DNA of 64,000 bases, taken from the IMG/VR virus record IMGVR_UViG_2840842423_000001, positions 1 through 64,000 of that record, one strand, 5' to 3'. The translations under genes and the position numbers were made by a program. Below are positions 31,040 through 41,313 of the stretch, in pieces (within the stretch, counting starts at the first letter, position 1; the number at the start of each line of letters is the position of its first letter). This DNA comes from a virus. Lineage: Duplodnaviria; Caudoviricetes. The notes under the pieces are model-generated. The model had not been told where the DNA came from, did no database searches, and worked only from the letters and a program-made list of their open reading frames with translations.

Positions 31040-32521
31040 TTAAGAGCGTGGTGAAGCCCAGTAAGATGCATCTTTATCATATGTAATTAAATCTTTACCT
31101 TGAGTTGCTGCAATAACTACATCTTTATCTTTAGTTGACGCTGTTTCTAAATCTGTTTGCTTTTGTTTAGCAATTTCTTCTACAACAACCGAATTCAACT
31201 CAACAGAGTCTAATTCCTCAATAGCCTTAGTTACACGCTCAGAAGCAAACACTTCTTTAGTGATAAGCTTAGAGTATTTCTCTGTTAGTTCAGCAGTCTC
31301 TTTTTCTTTCTTGGCAGTTTCAACTTGTTCCTTAAACGGAGTTAGCTCATCAACTGTCCCGCTTAACTCAGTAATAGTAACTTCCAAAGCTTGTTTAGCT
31401 TCTTGTTCAGATACAATTGTCGCATTTAATTCAACAACTTTTTCCTCTAATTCTTTGATTTTTGCTTCATTTAACTCAACATCAGTTTGCTTTTCTTTTG
31501 ACATTGTTTCTAATTCCTCCTTCGTTTTATCTAATTCTTTATTTAGCTCTACTAATTTAGCGTCGTGATTAACTATAATAGAATTCAGTTCAATTCCTTC
31601 TGGAATAAAGCCATAACTTCCAACTTGCCAGTCTTCCTTGGGAGCGATAGTGATAGTATCACCATCAATTTCATATGAAGCTTTATATAACACATCAAAA
31701 TTGTCCCAGTCTTCCAGAATTAAGTAGGACGTAAAAAGCTCCATGATCATGTAATTATATTCACGCTCATCTTTTTCAGCATTGTACGGATTAACTAAAT
31801 TAAAAACTTTGTCTCGCACTTCATGCCATTTTAAAGCTGATGTCTCTAATACACCATGATACTTAACTTCCACACCTTTGTTGAAAGTTTCAATCTTGTC
31901 TTGCTTGTTATTGTTAGGCATAATAACATCTCCTTTCTGATTTTTGATATCTTGCTCATACGCTTCAGCAATAAGAAGTGTTCCTTTAGCATTTACATCT
32001 GCCGGATTCGACACTAAACATGACGCAAATAGAGCATTTCTACCATCATTGTAATGAATCTTGCGAATTCCATCATCAGTAATTTCTTCGTATCCTTGTA
32101 CCAAGATTTCGCAACTGGTATTAAGATTGCTTTCAGAAAATAGTTCAACTATTGCCTCACAAACACGGCTGTAGCGTTTCATGACTCTGATTTGACCACA
32201 TAGATATAAGGTGTCTCCATCTTCCTCTTGCCAAAAATCCACAAAACTACCAATTTGATCTGTTCCCAATTCTCCATCGGCAGTGAGATTGTGTGACAAC
32301 TGTGTAAAATCCCCTTCTTCGAGTCTATCTCTATCTACTACAAAGGGGATTCCTATCAGTTTATCCTTGTTTTGCACATTTTTCTCTATGAAATCGGATG
32401 TAAAAACAGCACCGTTTAAATTGGGTTTATTACTCAAAATTCTTATGTTTAAAGTCATATAGATGTCATTAGTGCTTTGCAAATCTAAAATCTTAGGCTT
32501 TACAGAAATCTGTTCCTTCAA
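31040..32521 (-). CDS. Prohead protease/scaffold (YonD-like)
   Basis: N-terminal PNLNG...IGSF...TSCEI...NPA domain and an acidic coiled-coil C-terminus. Confidence 0.7.
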   Translation of the reverse strand: MKEQISVKPKILDLQSTNDIYMTLNIRILSNKPNLNGAVFTSDFIEKNVQNKDKLIGIPFVVDRDRLEEGDFTQLSHNLTADGELGTDQIGSFVDFWQEEDGDTLYLCGQIRVMKRYSRVCEAIVELFSESNLNTSCEILVQGYEEITDDGIRKIHYNDGRNALFASCLVSNPADVNAKGTLLIAEAYEQDIKNQKGDVIMPNNNKQDKIETFNKGVEVKYHGVLETSALKWHEVRDKVFNLVNPYNAEKDEREYNYMIMELFTSYLILEDWDNFDVLYKASYEIDGDTITIAPKEDWQVGSYGFIPEGIELNSIIVNHDAKLVELNKELDKTKEELETMSKEKQTDVELNEAKIKELEEKVVELNATIVSEQEAKQALEVTITELSGTVDELTPFKEQVETAKKEKETAELTEKYSKLITKEVFASERVTKAIEELDSVELNSVVVEEIAKQKQTDLETASTKDKDVVIAATQGKDLITYDKDASYWASPRS

Positions 32522-32552
32522 ATTTTCTCACCACCCTTCAAAGTGTATAATA

Positions 32553-32705
32553 TTATTTATTACCTTCTTCATACTTACACTGACCATCTTTACAATCACA
32601 TGTCTGTTGAACAGCGCCCAATTCTAAAAATGAATCATTGCGTCTATTGAATACTTCAACTTGGTTCTTACATTTGTCTTTTAGGTTTGGTTGATAACCT
32701 TTCAT
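32553..32705 (-). CDS. Small Cys-containing protein (50 aa)
   Basis: ATG at 32705 after GAGGTG; fills the portal-protease gap. Confidence 0.55.
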   Translation of the reverse strand: MKGYQPNLKDKCKNQVEVFNRRNDSFLELGAVQQTCDCKDGQCKYEEGNK

Positions 32706-32718
32706 ATATATCACCTCT

Positions 32719-34290
32719 TTATTTAGCGGCTCTCGGAGTATTATTATTATTGTCTGTTTTTGATTTCTCGGTGTTTTCGTTCGATGGTGGATTGCTATTT
32801 GGGTTCTGTAAGTCTTTGCCACTGCTCGTATGTGCATTTAGCGGTGGAGTAAACCAAGTAGCTGTATCCAATGTTTCTTTTTCATATTTGGATTGATTAA
32901 TCATTGCGTTTAGTGATCCACTTCCAAAAATCGCATTTAACCAAGGCTCAATCACTCCGGTTTGCTGATAAAATTCTTTAAATTTTTCAATTTCTGACTC
33001 TTTTTCCAAGATGGTCGTTCTATCCAAAACCAATTTACACCTTTGGTTTTTAGGTAATACCATCTTAATGTAATCATTTAACACAGTTTCAAATTGCTCT
33101 AAAATCGTAGTAATGTAGCTAAAGAATTTGCTATGGTTTACATTGGCAGAAGCGTAGTTACCTTCAAGACCTGCCAGTAAACTTGGACTTACACCTAAAT
33201 TTTGGTATATGTCATTATTCATTTTGCTGTACAACTCTTCCTTAAACAGTGTAGTATCCATTTTTACCGTGTCTAACTCTAAGAAATGAGGAAGAGCTAT
33301 TAGCCCGTTGCCTCCTTCATTTTTCTGGATTCTACCATCGTCTTTTTTAGTAATTATTTTGCTCACTTCTCGGAAATAAGCTTGCAATACTTCTTTTGGA
33401 ACAGGCTTAGTTTGCTCTTTGTCGATGTGACTCGCCTGTAAAACCAAAATTTGCTGGAGCAGCCTATTTGAAACTGATCTTTCGACCTTATTGATAACTT
33501 CTTTTTGTAAAATTGATTGCCACGCACCTAATGTTAGGGGAAGCCCAAAAGGTTGTCCCCTCCGCACTCCAATATTCAAAACGTGACAATTGCTAATTTC
33601 TACATATCTATCTTTCTCTTTATCATTGCTATTTCTGTATGCGTTGTAACTTTGTACCGTAACTTCATTAGGTAAAGAATTGATTTTTATCATTTTATCT
33701 TCCATGTTTCTAATAGAGTCTAATGTCTTAAAATCAAACTCAACTATCCATTTTCCATTCCTTTGTTCTCTAATCACGATGTCATCTAAATCTAAAAATT
33801 GTACGTACTGTCTATTCCGCAAGCAAGTAACTATAGTTCCTAACTCGGAAATTTCAAGCAGTCCATCTCTGAGCACCTGAACCACATCAATATCATCCAA
33901 AAAATCCTGAACTTTCTTCTCATGTTTCTTATTACGCTCTACGTCATCATAGTTAGACCAAATAAGATTATATTTCAATGTAGGCAAAGACTGCACCATA
34001 CGTAACACATCTTTCAATATTCCATGTCTATTAGTCAAATAGGTAGAAGCATTTCTAATTTGCTTAATGTGAGCTTGTGGATTCATCAGATACTTATACA
34101 AATCTGTAATCTTGATATCTGCTGAACTTGCATAACTGTTTCCAAATTGCGAAACATAATCTGATAAACCTGCTAATTCCATCCATGAATCAGAGTAGTC
34201 ATTGAATTCAGTAGATTGTGTTTCTGTATTGTTTTCTGTTTCTTTAGTAATAATAATTACCTCCTTTCGTTTAGTGTATATGTCTAACAT
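32719..34290 (-). CDS. Portal protein (YonE-like); true start probably an ATT near 34251-34254
   Basis: Follows terminase; IYQNLGVSPSLL..GNYASA motif; AAGGAGGT RBS is followed only by ATT codons. Confidence 0.8.
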   Translation of the reverse strand: MLDIYTKRKEVIIITKETENNTETQSTEFNDYSDSWMELAGLSDYVSQFGNSYASSADIKITDLYKYLMNPQAHIKQIRNASTYLTNRHGILKDVLRMVQSLPTLKYNLIWSNYDDVERNKKHEKKVQDFLDDIDVVQVLRDGLLEISELGTIVTCLRNRQYVQFLDLDDIVIREQRNGKWIVEFDFKTLDSIRNMEDKMIKINSLPNEVTVQSYNAYRNSNDKEKDRYVEISNCHVLNIGVRRGQPFGLPLTLGAWQSILQKEVINKVERSVSNRLLQQILVLQASHIDKEQTKPVPKEVLQAYFREVSKIITKKDDGRIQKNEGGNGLIALPHFLELDTVKMDTTLFKEELYSKMNNDIYQNLGVSPSLLAGLEGNYASANVNHSKFFSYITTILEQFETVLNDYIKMVLPKNQRCKLVLDRTTILEKESEIEKFKEFYQQTGVIEPWLNAIFGSGSLNAMINQSKYEKETLDTATWFTPPLNAHTSSGKDLQNPNSNPPSNENTEKSKTDNNNNTPRAAK

Positions 34291-34333
34291 GTATTTAATA
34301 TAATATTGTTTAATTATTGAAGATGTATATAGA

Positions 34334-36784
34334 TCAGAACCCAGATTGCATGAAAAACATGTAGTCTGACATATCTTCTTGTTTTCCGCGCAACATTTCT
34401 CTCTCCAATTGATTAGCTATATAGTTAAAATACATCGTACTAGAGAATCTATCCTTCCTAGCTGATCTCTGTTCTTTAAGTTTAATCAACCCACTGTCAG
34501 AATTACGCTCACCTTCGAGATTGATCATTTCATTAATCAACAGTGTAGTTTGCGCATACGGTAATTCCATTTCTGCCTGCACTTCTGGTGGCAACTTATC
34601 AAACCCTTTAATCTTTCTTAAAAAATCTCTACCTTCATTATCTGGAACAAGCAATCTAACTTTTCCACGTTGTAGTCCATCCTTTAATGAAATAGCAGCT
34701 TCACTGTTTAGTTGAGCATTGCCTTTAATAGAGTAGATAACTTTTTCTGCATCTGAATATGTACAACGTATAGCCATTTTTTCATCATTTATACATGAAA
34801 TTGGCTCATATTCTGTTCCTCTTTCATCATCAAGCAATGGAACAACTAATTGATCATATACACCTAACCCTACGCCCATAGTATCCAACACAATATAGTC
34901 TATATCAAAGTCATCGTACATTTGTCTGATACGTACAGCTTGTGCTTGTGTATGTCCACCCTCTAAAGATTCCATATAAGATATTTCTCGTGTATAACCG
35001 TTGGCTGTTGGAATTAGTCTTGCCACAGTAAAAATACTAGCATCATTACGGTTTCCTGCCATTGCAGCAATGTCACAGCTTAATATTCTAATTTCATCTT
35101 TCTTTTTGGTATCAGGTTTGAACTTTTTATCTCTAAGCAAATCATATGTATTAGGTGGGTAGAGTGGTCTTGGTATTTTTCTGTTCCTGTGTAACTCTTC
35201 AAAATTGTAGTATGCTTTTTCAGATTCACCATAGAATAGGCACTCCATTTCTATTGAAAATTCAATCCTATTAAAATCGCTTTCAGCCATTTCATCTTCT
35301 ATTTGGTTTCTATCTAAAAGATTCTCTTTGATAGCTAATTGGTAGGGGAGACCACAAACAAAATATTTTCTACCTTCCATCATGGAGTCAAAATAGGCTT
35401 GCATACGTTTGTAAGACCAATGGAACTTGTACCATGCAGAGCTTAGATATAACTCTTGGTTACGTTCAATAAGGTGGGCGTATTCTGGTTTCTTTAAGTA
35501 ACCCGGGTTTCTTGGAGCCGACAAAAATTTACGTAAAACGCTGGAAATGACACTTATGTCAACCATCCTAAATTCCGTTTTTAGTCATATAGAGGCGCTA
35601 ATCTCTATACAGTTCGCTTATGAACTTCTACATGTTTCCATATAGTCTAGACTATCTCATCATCCACATAGAGGGATGCTTCCTGTTTCCACTGTCAAAA
35701 GCTTACAGTGTACGCCTTCCGGCTAGTCGTTGAACCTTCTCCTTTAAGGAGCTTGGCTGCTGATTGTCCTCAACATTACTTGTTAGGAGTTCCCAGCAAT
35801 TTAAGAAGTTTTCGCTATTGCATCACTGTCAATAGGGGACTAATTATTAATCCACAATTAGGATGTTTGCTCTCTTTCCTCGCGCACCATCGTTCGCTGC
35901 TACAGTTTTAATCCAACTACCATTATGGAATAAAACTTGCGGATCTTTTGAGCCTGTGTTTATATCACTTATTTCTCTTTTTAATCCCGGAGAGTCATGT
36001 CTAATTTCCTCTATCTTTTCAATTACTTCTCTGGATTGGCTACGCAAGCCAGCAGCTATGACTATCTTCGAATTCGGCTTAAGAACCGAAACTACGCAAC
36101 AGTAAATAGCTGTCAAAAAGGTTTTTCCCTGCAATTTCGTGTTTATATTAAGTCGCCAGTCTTAATACAGATTTTAATCTCTTATGCTTTCACACAAGAA
36201 CAGACTATTTCTTCATCCTCAGCATTATCTGTTAGGAGCAACCCGCTTCCACCACCAGTGGCTTGTGATGTACTTCCTTTCGGAATAGTCGTTGAACGTT
36301 TCTCTATTCGAGACTTCGCTGCATGAACATCCATTGTCTCAACAATTAGGATTTTGTCCGTATGTTATCCCTTTACTTTTTTCTGCTTTCGCTCCTTCAC
36401 GTCTAGGTTTCTTTCATCCTTCCGTTGTGGCAAAAGGGCTTTAGGAGTTGCCTGCAATTCAAGTTGTGCTCTGTGCATGTTTCCATACACACGGGGCAGA
36501 ATTAGTTACCCCCTCGACGCAAAATACATAAAATAGTTATTAAACATCATCATCATAATCAATATCTGTTGGAACATTTTCAGTTTAATTCCAAAATAGT
36601 CCTCAACAAATCGATGTGGATTGGCTCTATAGAAACTCGTCCACACTCCCACACCTTCCATTAACCGTTCTGACTTTGTTAAATTGTCATTATGTTTGTT
36701 AACATTTCTTCCAGCTTTAAATATGTTGTTACCTTTGTGGCGTTTGTTTCTCTCGGTTTGAAAAGGAACTTGGTTGCTACTCAT
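34334..36784 (-). CDS. yonF: Terminase large subunit (YonF-like); 3 exons: 36784-36509, 36131-35850, 35575-34334; about 599 aa spliced
   Basis: Joining restores Walker A ASRG|QGKT and Walker B ILIVD|EFR; nuclease motifs [19 protein letters not shown]. Confidence 0.9.
35576..35849 (-). ncRNA. Group I intron in terminase Walker B (274 nt, no ORF)
   Basis: P1 GGAU/GUCC; AAAUUGCUGGGAAC, AAUCAGCAG, GUUCAACGACUA, GAGAUAGUCU; terminal G. Confidence 0.92.
36132..36508 (-). ncRNA. Group I intron in terminase Walker A (about 377 nt, no ORF)
   Basis: GAAUUGCAGGCAAC, UCAUGCAG, GUUCAACGACUA, GAAAUAGUCU core; terminal G before CAG GGA AAA; 5' site ambiguous by 1 nt. Confidence 0.88.
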
Positions 36785-37689
36785 TTATCATCACCATCAT
36801 AACTAGGTGGTGTCACAGTATATTTACTAGTTTCTTTATCATAGTCATCTTTAGTGTCATTCTCATGACCCAACATTCTACTCAAATGCCCTTTAAAGAA
36901 CACGTCTATATATTTCTTAATCTTATTAACATCTTTCCATTCTGGATCTGGCTCCGGAATTGGTCGCTCATCTTCAAATTTTTTAATCAATGTGCCAAAT
37001 GTAGCTTGATCCGTTGCGTTTGCACCAGTCTCTTGCATTGGCTTAATATTTGCAGATGTGAATATATCTTGTAGTGTTTTCAAATCCTTATCTACAGCTA
37101 CACCTTTTTCTCGATTCTGTTTAATTGTTAATCGTTGATGTGCAGCTTCTTGGAATAGTACTTCCATAGTATAAGAATCAGCTTCATACGCATTAAGAAA
37201 TGTTTCATACTCTGTCTGCAAAAATTCATATTCTTCCAATGAAAATCCTCTACCCCAGAACTGGATTAATTGTCCCATCTCTTCTTCGGTAAAACCAATT
37301 TCGTCATGATTATAATCTGAAACCTTCTTAATTAACTCATCGCTATCTTCACCAAATTCGGAATCAACATAAGTTCTGCCTATGTTTTGTTTCATTCCTA
37401 ACAACCGCATATACTCACCAGTCAAATTCTTCTTCTCTGACTTCTTAGCAGATGAATACATTTCATGTAAGTATGGTCTATCTATAGCTCTCAAAGCTTC
37501 AATGAGAGAAGACTTGTTTTCAAAATCAACTATATCCCAAAAGCATTGCTTGCAAATAGACAGTCTTTGATCTGCGTTCAGTAGTGTATTTGCAGTCATA
37601 TAGAAATCTATTGTTGTTTTCTTTTCTATTAAACATTTGCTACAAACTTTGGATTTTGGCAATTTGAGTTCCTTCGTATCTTTAGTCAA
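36781..37689 (-). CDS. Putative terminase small subunit (YonG-like) with N-terminal Zn finger
   Basis: CSKC...ICKQC; [19 protein letters not shown]; overlaps the TerL start; TTG after AAGGAG. Confidence 0.7.
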   Translation of the reverse strand: MTKDTKELKLPKSKVCSKCLIEKKTTIDFYMTANTLLNADQRLSICKQCFWDIVDFENKSSLIEALRAIDRPYLHEMYSSAKKSEKKNLTGEYMRLLGMKQNIGRTYVDSEFGEDSDELIKKVSDYNHDEIGFTEEEMGQLIQFWGRGFSLEEYEFLQTEYETFLNAYEADSYTMEVLFQEAAHQRLTIKQNREKGVAVDKDLKTLQDIFTSANIKPMQETGANATDQATFGTLIKKFEDERPIPEPDPEWKDVNKIKKYIDVFFKGHLSRMLGHENDTKDDYDKETSKYTVTPPSYDGDDK

Positions 37690-37987
37690 ATTATAAAACT
37701 CCTTTCTATTCAAATTTAAACTAAAATAAGATTCTTAATCGCCCACCCGAAATATTCAGATGGACTCAAAGAATCTTATGATTCAAGTCAAACATAATAT
37801 TATTTACATATTAGATACTGCCCACATCTTTGCTTTAGGGGAATAGCATCCATAATATTATTTTTTCACATTACAACTATGCAGTTGTAATATGCCGTTA
37901 TGTCGGAGCACTAAGTATCTGCTTTAGCGCTAACTTTAAACCTCACACTAAATGGTGGTGAAACACCAGTCCATCCAATCATAAAAC

Positions 37988-38425
37988 TTACTCTGTCTCA
38001 GTCTCTGCCTCTTTTTTCTTAGCGTCTTTCTCATCGCTCAAAGCACTATACAGATACTCAAATGCATAACTTTCTCGACCATTCCATTCAACCTCTGACT
38101 CTTCTAATGATTGTTTAATTGACTTCAAAATCACTTGAGAATCTCCACTATCAATAACAATTTTTTCTTTTGTAAATTCTCCCATTGTCTTAAGATATTC
38201 TTCTTTATCCTTACATTTTTTATCTTCTATAATGGGGTTGCCATCCTCATCTAGTTCATAATATTCTTTTTGAATCTCTTTTTGCTCTTCAACTATGCGA
38301 GTTAACTTCTCACTCAATTCTTTAGCTAATCGTGTACGATGAATAGATTTCAAACCCTTTAAAGATAATTTATCTAACACATTAATACAATTTGCTACTT
38401 GTACATACTCAATTTTTAATTTCAT
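37988..38425 (-). CDS. DUF1617-like phage protein
   Basis: LSLKGLKSIHRTRLAKEL...YELDEDGNP pattern resembles tail-fibre-associated DUF1617 proteins. Confidence 0.55.
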   Translation of the reverse strand: MKLKIEYVQVANCINVLDKLSLKGLKSIHRTRLAKELSEKLTRIVEEQKEIQKEYYELDEDGNPIIEDKKCKDKEEYLKTMGEFTKEKIVIDSGDSQVILKSIKQSLEESEVEWNGRESYAFEYLYSALSDEKDAKKKEAETETE

Positions 38426-38512
38426 TTATAACATTCTCCCTTTTCTTCTTAGTAACATATATTATTATTTAATTATAAACGTTCCATTCCAATTAAACAC
38501 AAGTTTTATAGA

Positions 38513-38836
38513 TTAAGCTCCACCTGATCCATCTATCAACGCTTTCAACTCATCAATAGCAGCTTGAATATCTGTAGCAGTTAATCCACTAGTTGTATTA
38601 TCGTATGAATTCGTAATAAAACCACTATCATTACTCAAATCATTAGTGCTGCTTGGAATAGTAGGCTTGCTAGTTAAATCTCCATATGCGTGTGTATGGC
38701 TGGTGTCTGCATAGCTGCCCACAGGTTGATATGTGTCATCATGATTATGATCCGCTGAAGCATATTCATTATGACTGTGACTTACATTAGCCTTGCCATC
38801 TAAATCTGATTGTTTTGCAATTTGTATATCTGCCAA
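38513..38836 (-). CDS. Short fibre-like virion protein with HxH repeats
   Basis: HSH, HNH, HTH motifs; YGDLTSKPTIP..TNDLSNDSGFIT; ATDIQAAIDEL. Confidence 0.65.
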   Translation of the reverse strand: MADIQIAKQSDLDGKANVSHSHNEYASADHNHDDTYQPVGSYADTSHTHAYGDLTSKPTIPSSTNDLSNDSGFITNSYDNTTSGLTATDIQAAIDELKALIDGSGGA

Positions 38837-39052
38837 TTAATTCACCGCCTTTACAAAAACATTTCCGCTTGAATCACTGTACATGTAAGCATTCTTATTT
38901 TCTTGGGAATAAAATACATTTCCATTTGCGTCAATATGAATAGGATCAACTGGTGTAAATACAATATTTCCATTGCTATCTATTGCTACATCTTCGTTTC
39001 CACTTGAACCGTCTGAGCTAGCACTACCTAAAAAATATCCTCGACCTAGCAT
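38837..39052 (-). CDS. Small protein with IDxNGNxx repeats
   Basis: TAATG coupling to the upstream gene; three D(S/A)xGN repeats. Confidence 0.6.
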   Translation of the reverse strand: MLGRGYFLGSASSDGSSGNEDVAIDSNGNIVFTPVDPIHIDANGNVFYSQENKNAYMYSDSSGNVFVKAVN

Positions 39053-39312
39053 TAACTTCCACCAACCCAAAAGTATTCTATTCCATCCTCAAGAAATTTA
39101 AAAGAACTAATCATTGCATCGTTTTGTTCTGTAGAGAATCCCATTCCACCTTTTAAAAAGATGGGGTTGCTTCCATTGATACTTACTGTACAATCTGTTG
39201 AATTGGACACTGAAAATTTGTATATATTGACCTTATTGGGAATTATTTCCTCATTCGCTACACTAGTCTGAATTGAATCAGAACCATGGAACTGTGAGCC
39301 AAATTGTCTCAT
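39052..39312 (-). CDS. Small beta-rich hypothetical protein
   Basis: ORF with GAGGT RBS. Confidence 0.6.
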   Translation of the reverse strand: MRQFGSQFHGSDSIQTSVANEEIIPNKVNIYKFSVSNSTDCTVSINGSNPIFLKGGMGFSTEQNDAMISSFKFLEDGIEYFWVGGS

Positions 39313-39376
39313 TCTACCTCATCCTCCTTTAGCTATTAAGAGGATGAATATTAGACAATTACATCCTCATGTTTTA

Positions 39377-39976
39377 CTACAAAATCTCGTCCACAATTCC
39401 ATATTCTTTTGCTTGTTGAGCCGTCATCCACCACTCACGATCTGACATGGAATCATATTTTTCTTCTGTGATGTTTGTGTTGTCTACAACAAATCGTTTC
39501 ACTTGGTCGTCTTTTGCCTCCTGAAATCTAATGGTATCTTTTACTTTATTTGAACTTCCTTGTAAAAATGTAGAACCATCATGCAAGAGTATATTAGAGT
39601 GCTCATATGCAAATGTCTTATGAAATGCAATAGCCAATAGCCCACCCATACTTGCTGACAAACCTAGTAGATATCCGTGTACAGGGATCTTAGATTTCTG
39701 TATAACTTCAGCTAGAACCATACCTCCGTACAAATCTCCGCCCGGGCTATTTAAATAAATATTTATAGGTTGATTCTTTGGAATTTCTGCGTCTTCCTTA
39801 TTCCATTTCAAGATTTGCATGATTGCTCGCTCAACCAGTGAGTCATCTACTTGCTGATTGATAATAATTTCACGATTCTTTAAATGGTCAAAGAATACAT
39901 ACTCTTCAAATGAGCCAGTTTCATCTAACATAGCTATATAATCTTTACTGTACATTTCTTTACTCATCAACATCAC
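39377..39976 (-). CDS. clpP: ClpP-family protease
   Basis: YLNSPGG, SASMG (catalytic Ser), ILLHDG (His), WMTAQQAKEYGIVDEI. Confidence 0.9.
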   Translation of the reverse strand: MMLMSKEMYSKDYIAMLDETGSFEEYVFFDHLKNREIIINQQVDDSLVERAIMQILKWNKEDAEIPKNQPINIYLNSPGGDLYGGMVLAEVIQKSKIPVHGYLLGLSASMGGLLAIAFHKTFAYEHSNILLHDGSTFLQGSSNKVKDTIRFQEAKDDQVKRFVVDNTNITEEKYDSMSDREWWMTAQQAKEYGIVDEIL

Positions 39977-40058
39977 CGTTCCTTATTATAATATTTAATA
40001 GAACGGCATCGGACAACAATCAAGTTGTCATACCAGTTTGTTCCAATCAAACCCAACC

Positions 40059-40298
40059 CTAATTCAGAAACTCATCTTCACTAGGAGTCTGAGTTAACAC
40101 CTGTGTCTTAAACTCAATGTCATCTACCAATGCTGCTCTATAACCTTCTTGGTGAGCATCTTCATAAAGTCCTCGTAATATGTGACGCACTTCATCCTTA
40201 GAATCACTCTTTAATGCAATTTCTAGATGACTTTCTATAGTATGGCAAGTTTCACAATCACATTGTTCTTCCTCTTGAAACTTGAAAATATTACTCAT
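40059..40298 (-). CDS. Small acidic protein with CxCxxC motif
   Basis: AGGAG RBS; CDCETC. Confidence 0.65.
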   Translation of the reverse strand: MSNIFKFQEEEQCDCETCHTIESHLEIALKSDSKDEVRHILRGLYEDAHQEGYRAALVDDIEFKTQVLTQTPSEDEFLN

Positions 40299-40334
40299 TT
40301 GAAAACTCCTTTTGGTTTGGTTGTGTGGTATTGT

Positions 40335-41231
40335 TTAGCTATTATCATTGATATTAAACACATCTTCATTTACTAACTCTTCATAATCCTCTTTATACAT
40401 CCACTTAAATCCTTTATACATTTCCAATATACCAGTACAACACTGTCGAATTAACTGTCTAGTATAACCACTCTCTTGCGCTTGTTTCATAGAACTGTAT
40501 TCAACGATCAACTCCAACTCGCTAGAAAGTTGTACAACTCCTTGAGTTTTTTGATTGTTCTTCGTTCTATCTTTTATTAATTCATTAATGTTAATATCAG
40601 TATCGAACTTGTCTTTGTATAAAAATATACTTCCACCACATGTTCTATATTTACCTTTTAAACATTTCACAATGTTTGTAGCCAGTAAATCGTTCTCTCT
40701 GGCACAATGATTTATATTCTTCCAGTGAATAATAGTTTTATTCTTTATAGCTATTTGGGTAATGGGAATTTCTTGTGATTCATTGTATTCAACTATCATA
40801 TGATAATTCTTAGGTACTTTGCCCTTTAGAGAGTTACTTATATTCTGTTTATGTGATTCAGGAAGCTTCCTCCCTAATTGTATTGCTGAAATCTTCTGTC
40901 TAGACTCTTCGGTATGTTTTAATCCTAAACTCCCGTCCCCACCGAGAGTCATGTTGTAACCAAACTCTTTAATATTTGACTTATATTCATTTATGTAGTA
41001 CATCTCTCGCTCATTTACTATGTCTTCCGAACACTCTTCTAAGATTTCAAATGTAAAGTATTTTTCTCCGTACTTATTCCACGATCTTTGCAAATGTTTG
41101 TTCGGATGATAATCTTTTAGTAATGACGATCGATGCTCGCGTAACCTTTTATTAAGATGTACAGATTTACCGATATAAACTTTTCCGTTAACTGTGTTCG
41201 TTATTTTATATATGCCAGTCTGTTGAGACGT
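40335..41231 (-). CDS. Free-standing GIY-YIG homing endonuclease with NUMOD3/NUMOD1-like repeats; apparent ACG start
   Basis: Frame is open upstream of the ORF call: GIYKITNTVNGKVYIGKS..RLREH; GYN motif; HTEESRQKIS; GGAGG RBS 8 nt before ACG at 41231. Confidence 0.88.
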   Translation of the reverse strand, partial: TSQQTGIYKITNTVNGKVYIGKSVHLNKRLREHRSSLLKDYHPNKHLQRSWNKYGEKYFTFEILEECSEDIVNEREMYYINEYKSNIKEFGYNMTLGGDGSLGLKHTEESRQKISAIQLGRKLPESHKQNISNSLKGKVPKNYHMIVEYNESQEIPITQIAIKNKTIIHWKNINHCARENDLLATNIVKCLKGKYRTCGGSIFLYKDKFDTDININELIKDRTKNNQKTQGVVQLSSELELIVEYSSMKQAQESGYTRQLIRQCCTGILEMYKGFKWMYKEDYEELVNEDVFNINDNS

Positions 41232-41313
41232 TTGATTTCCCTCCGCTCATATAAATAGAGGGTAGTGGGCACTTAACCCCACAATGCGTCACCCGATATT
41301 ATTATAATATTGT

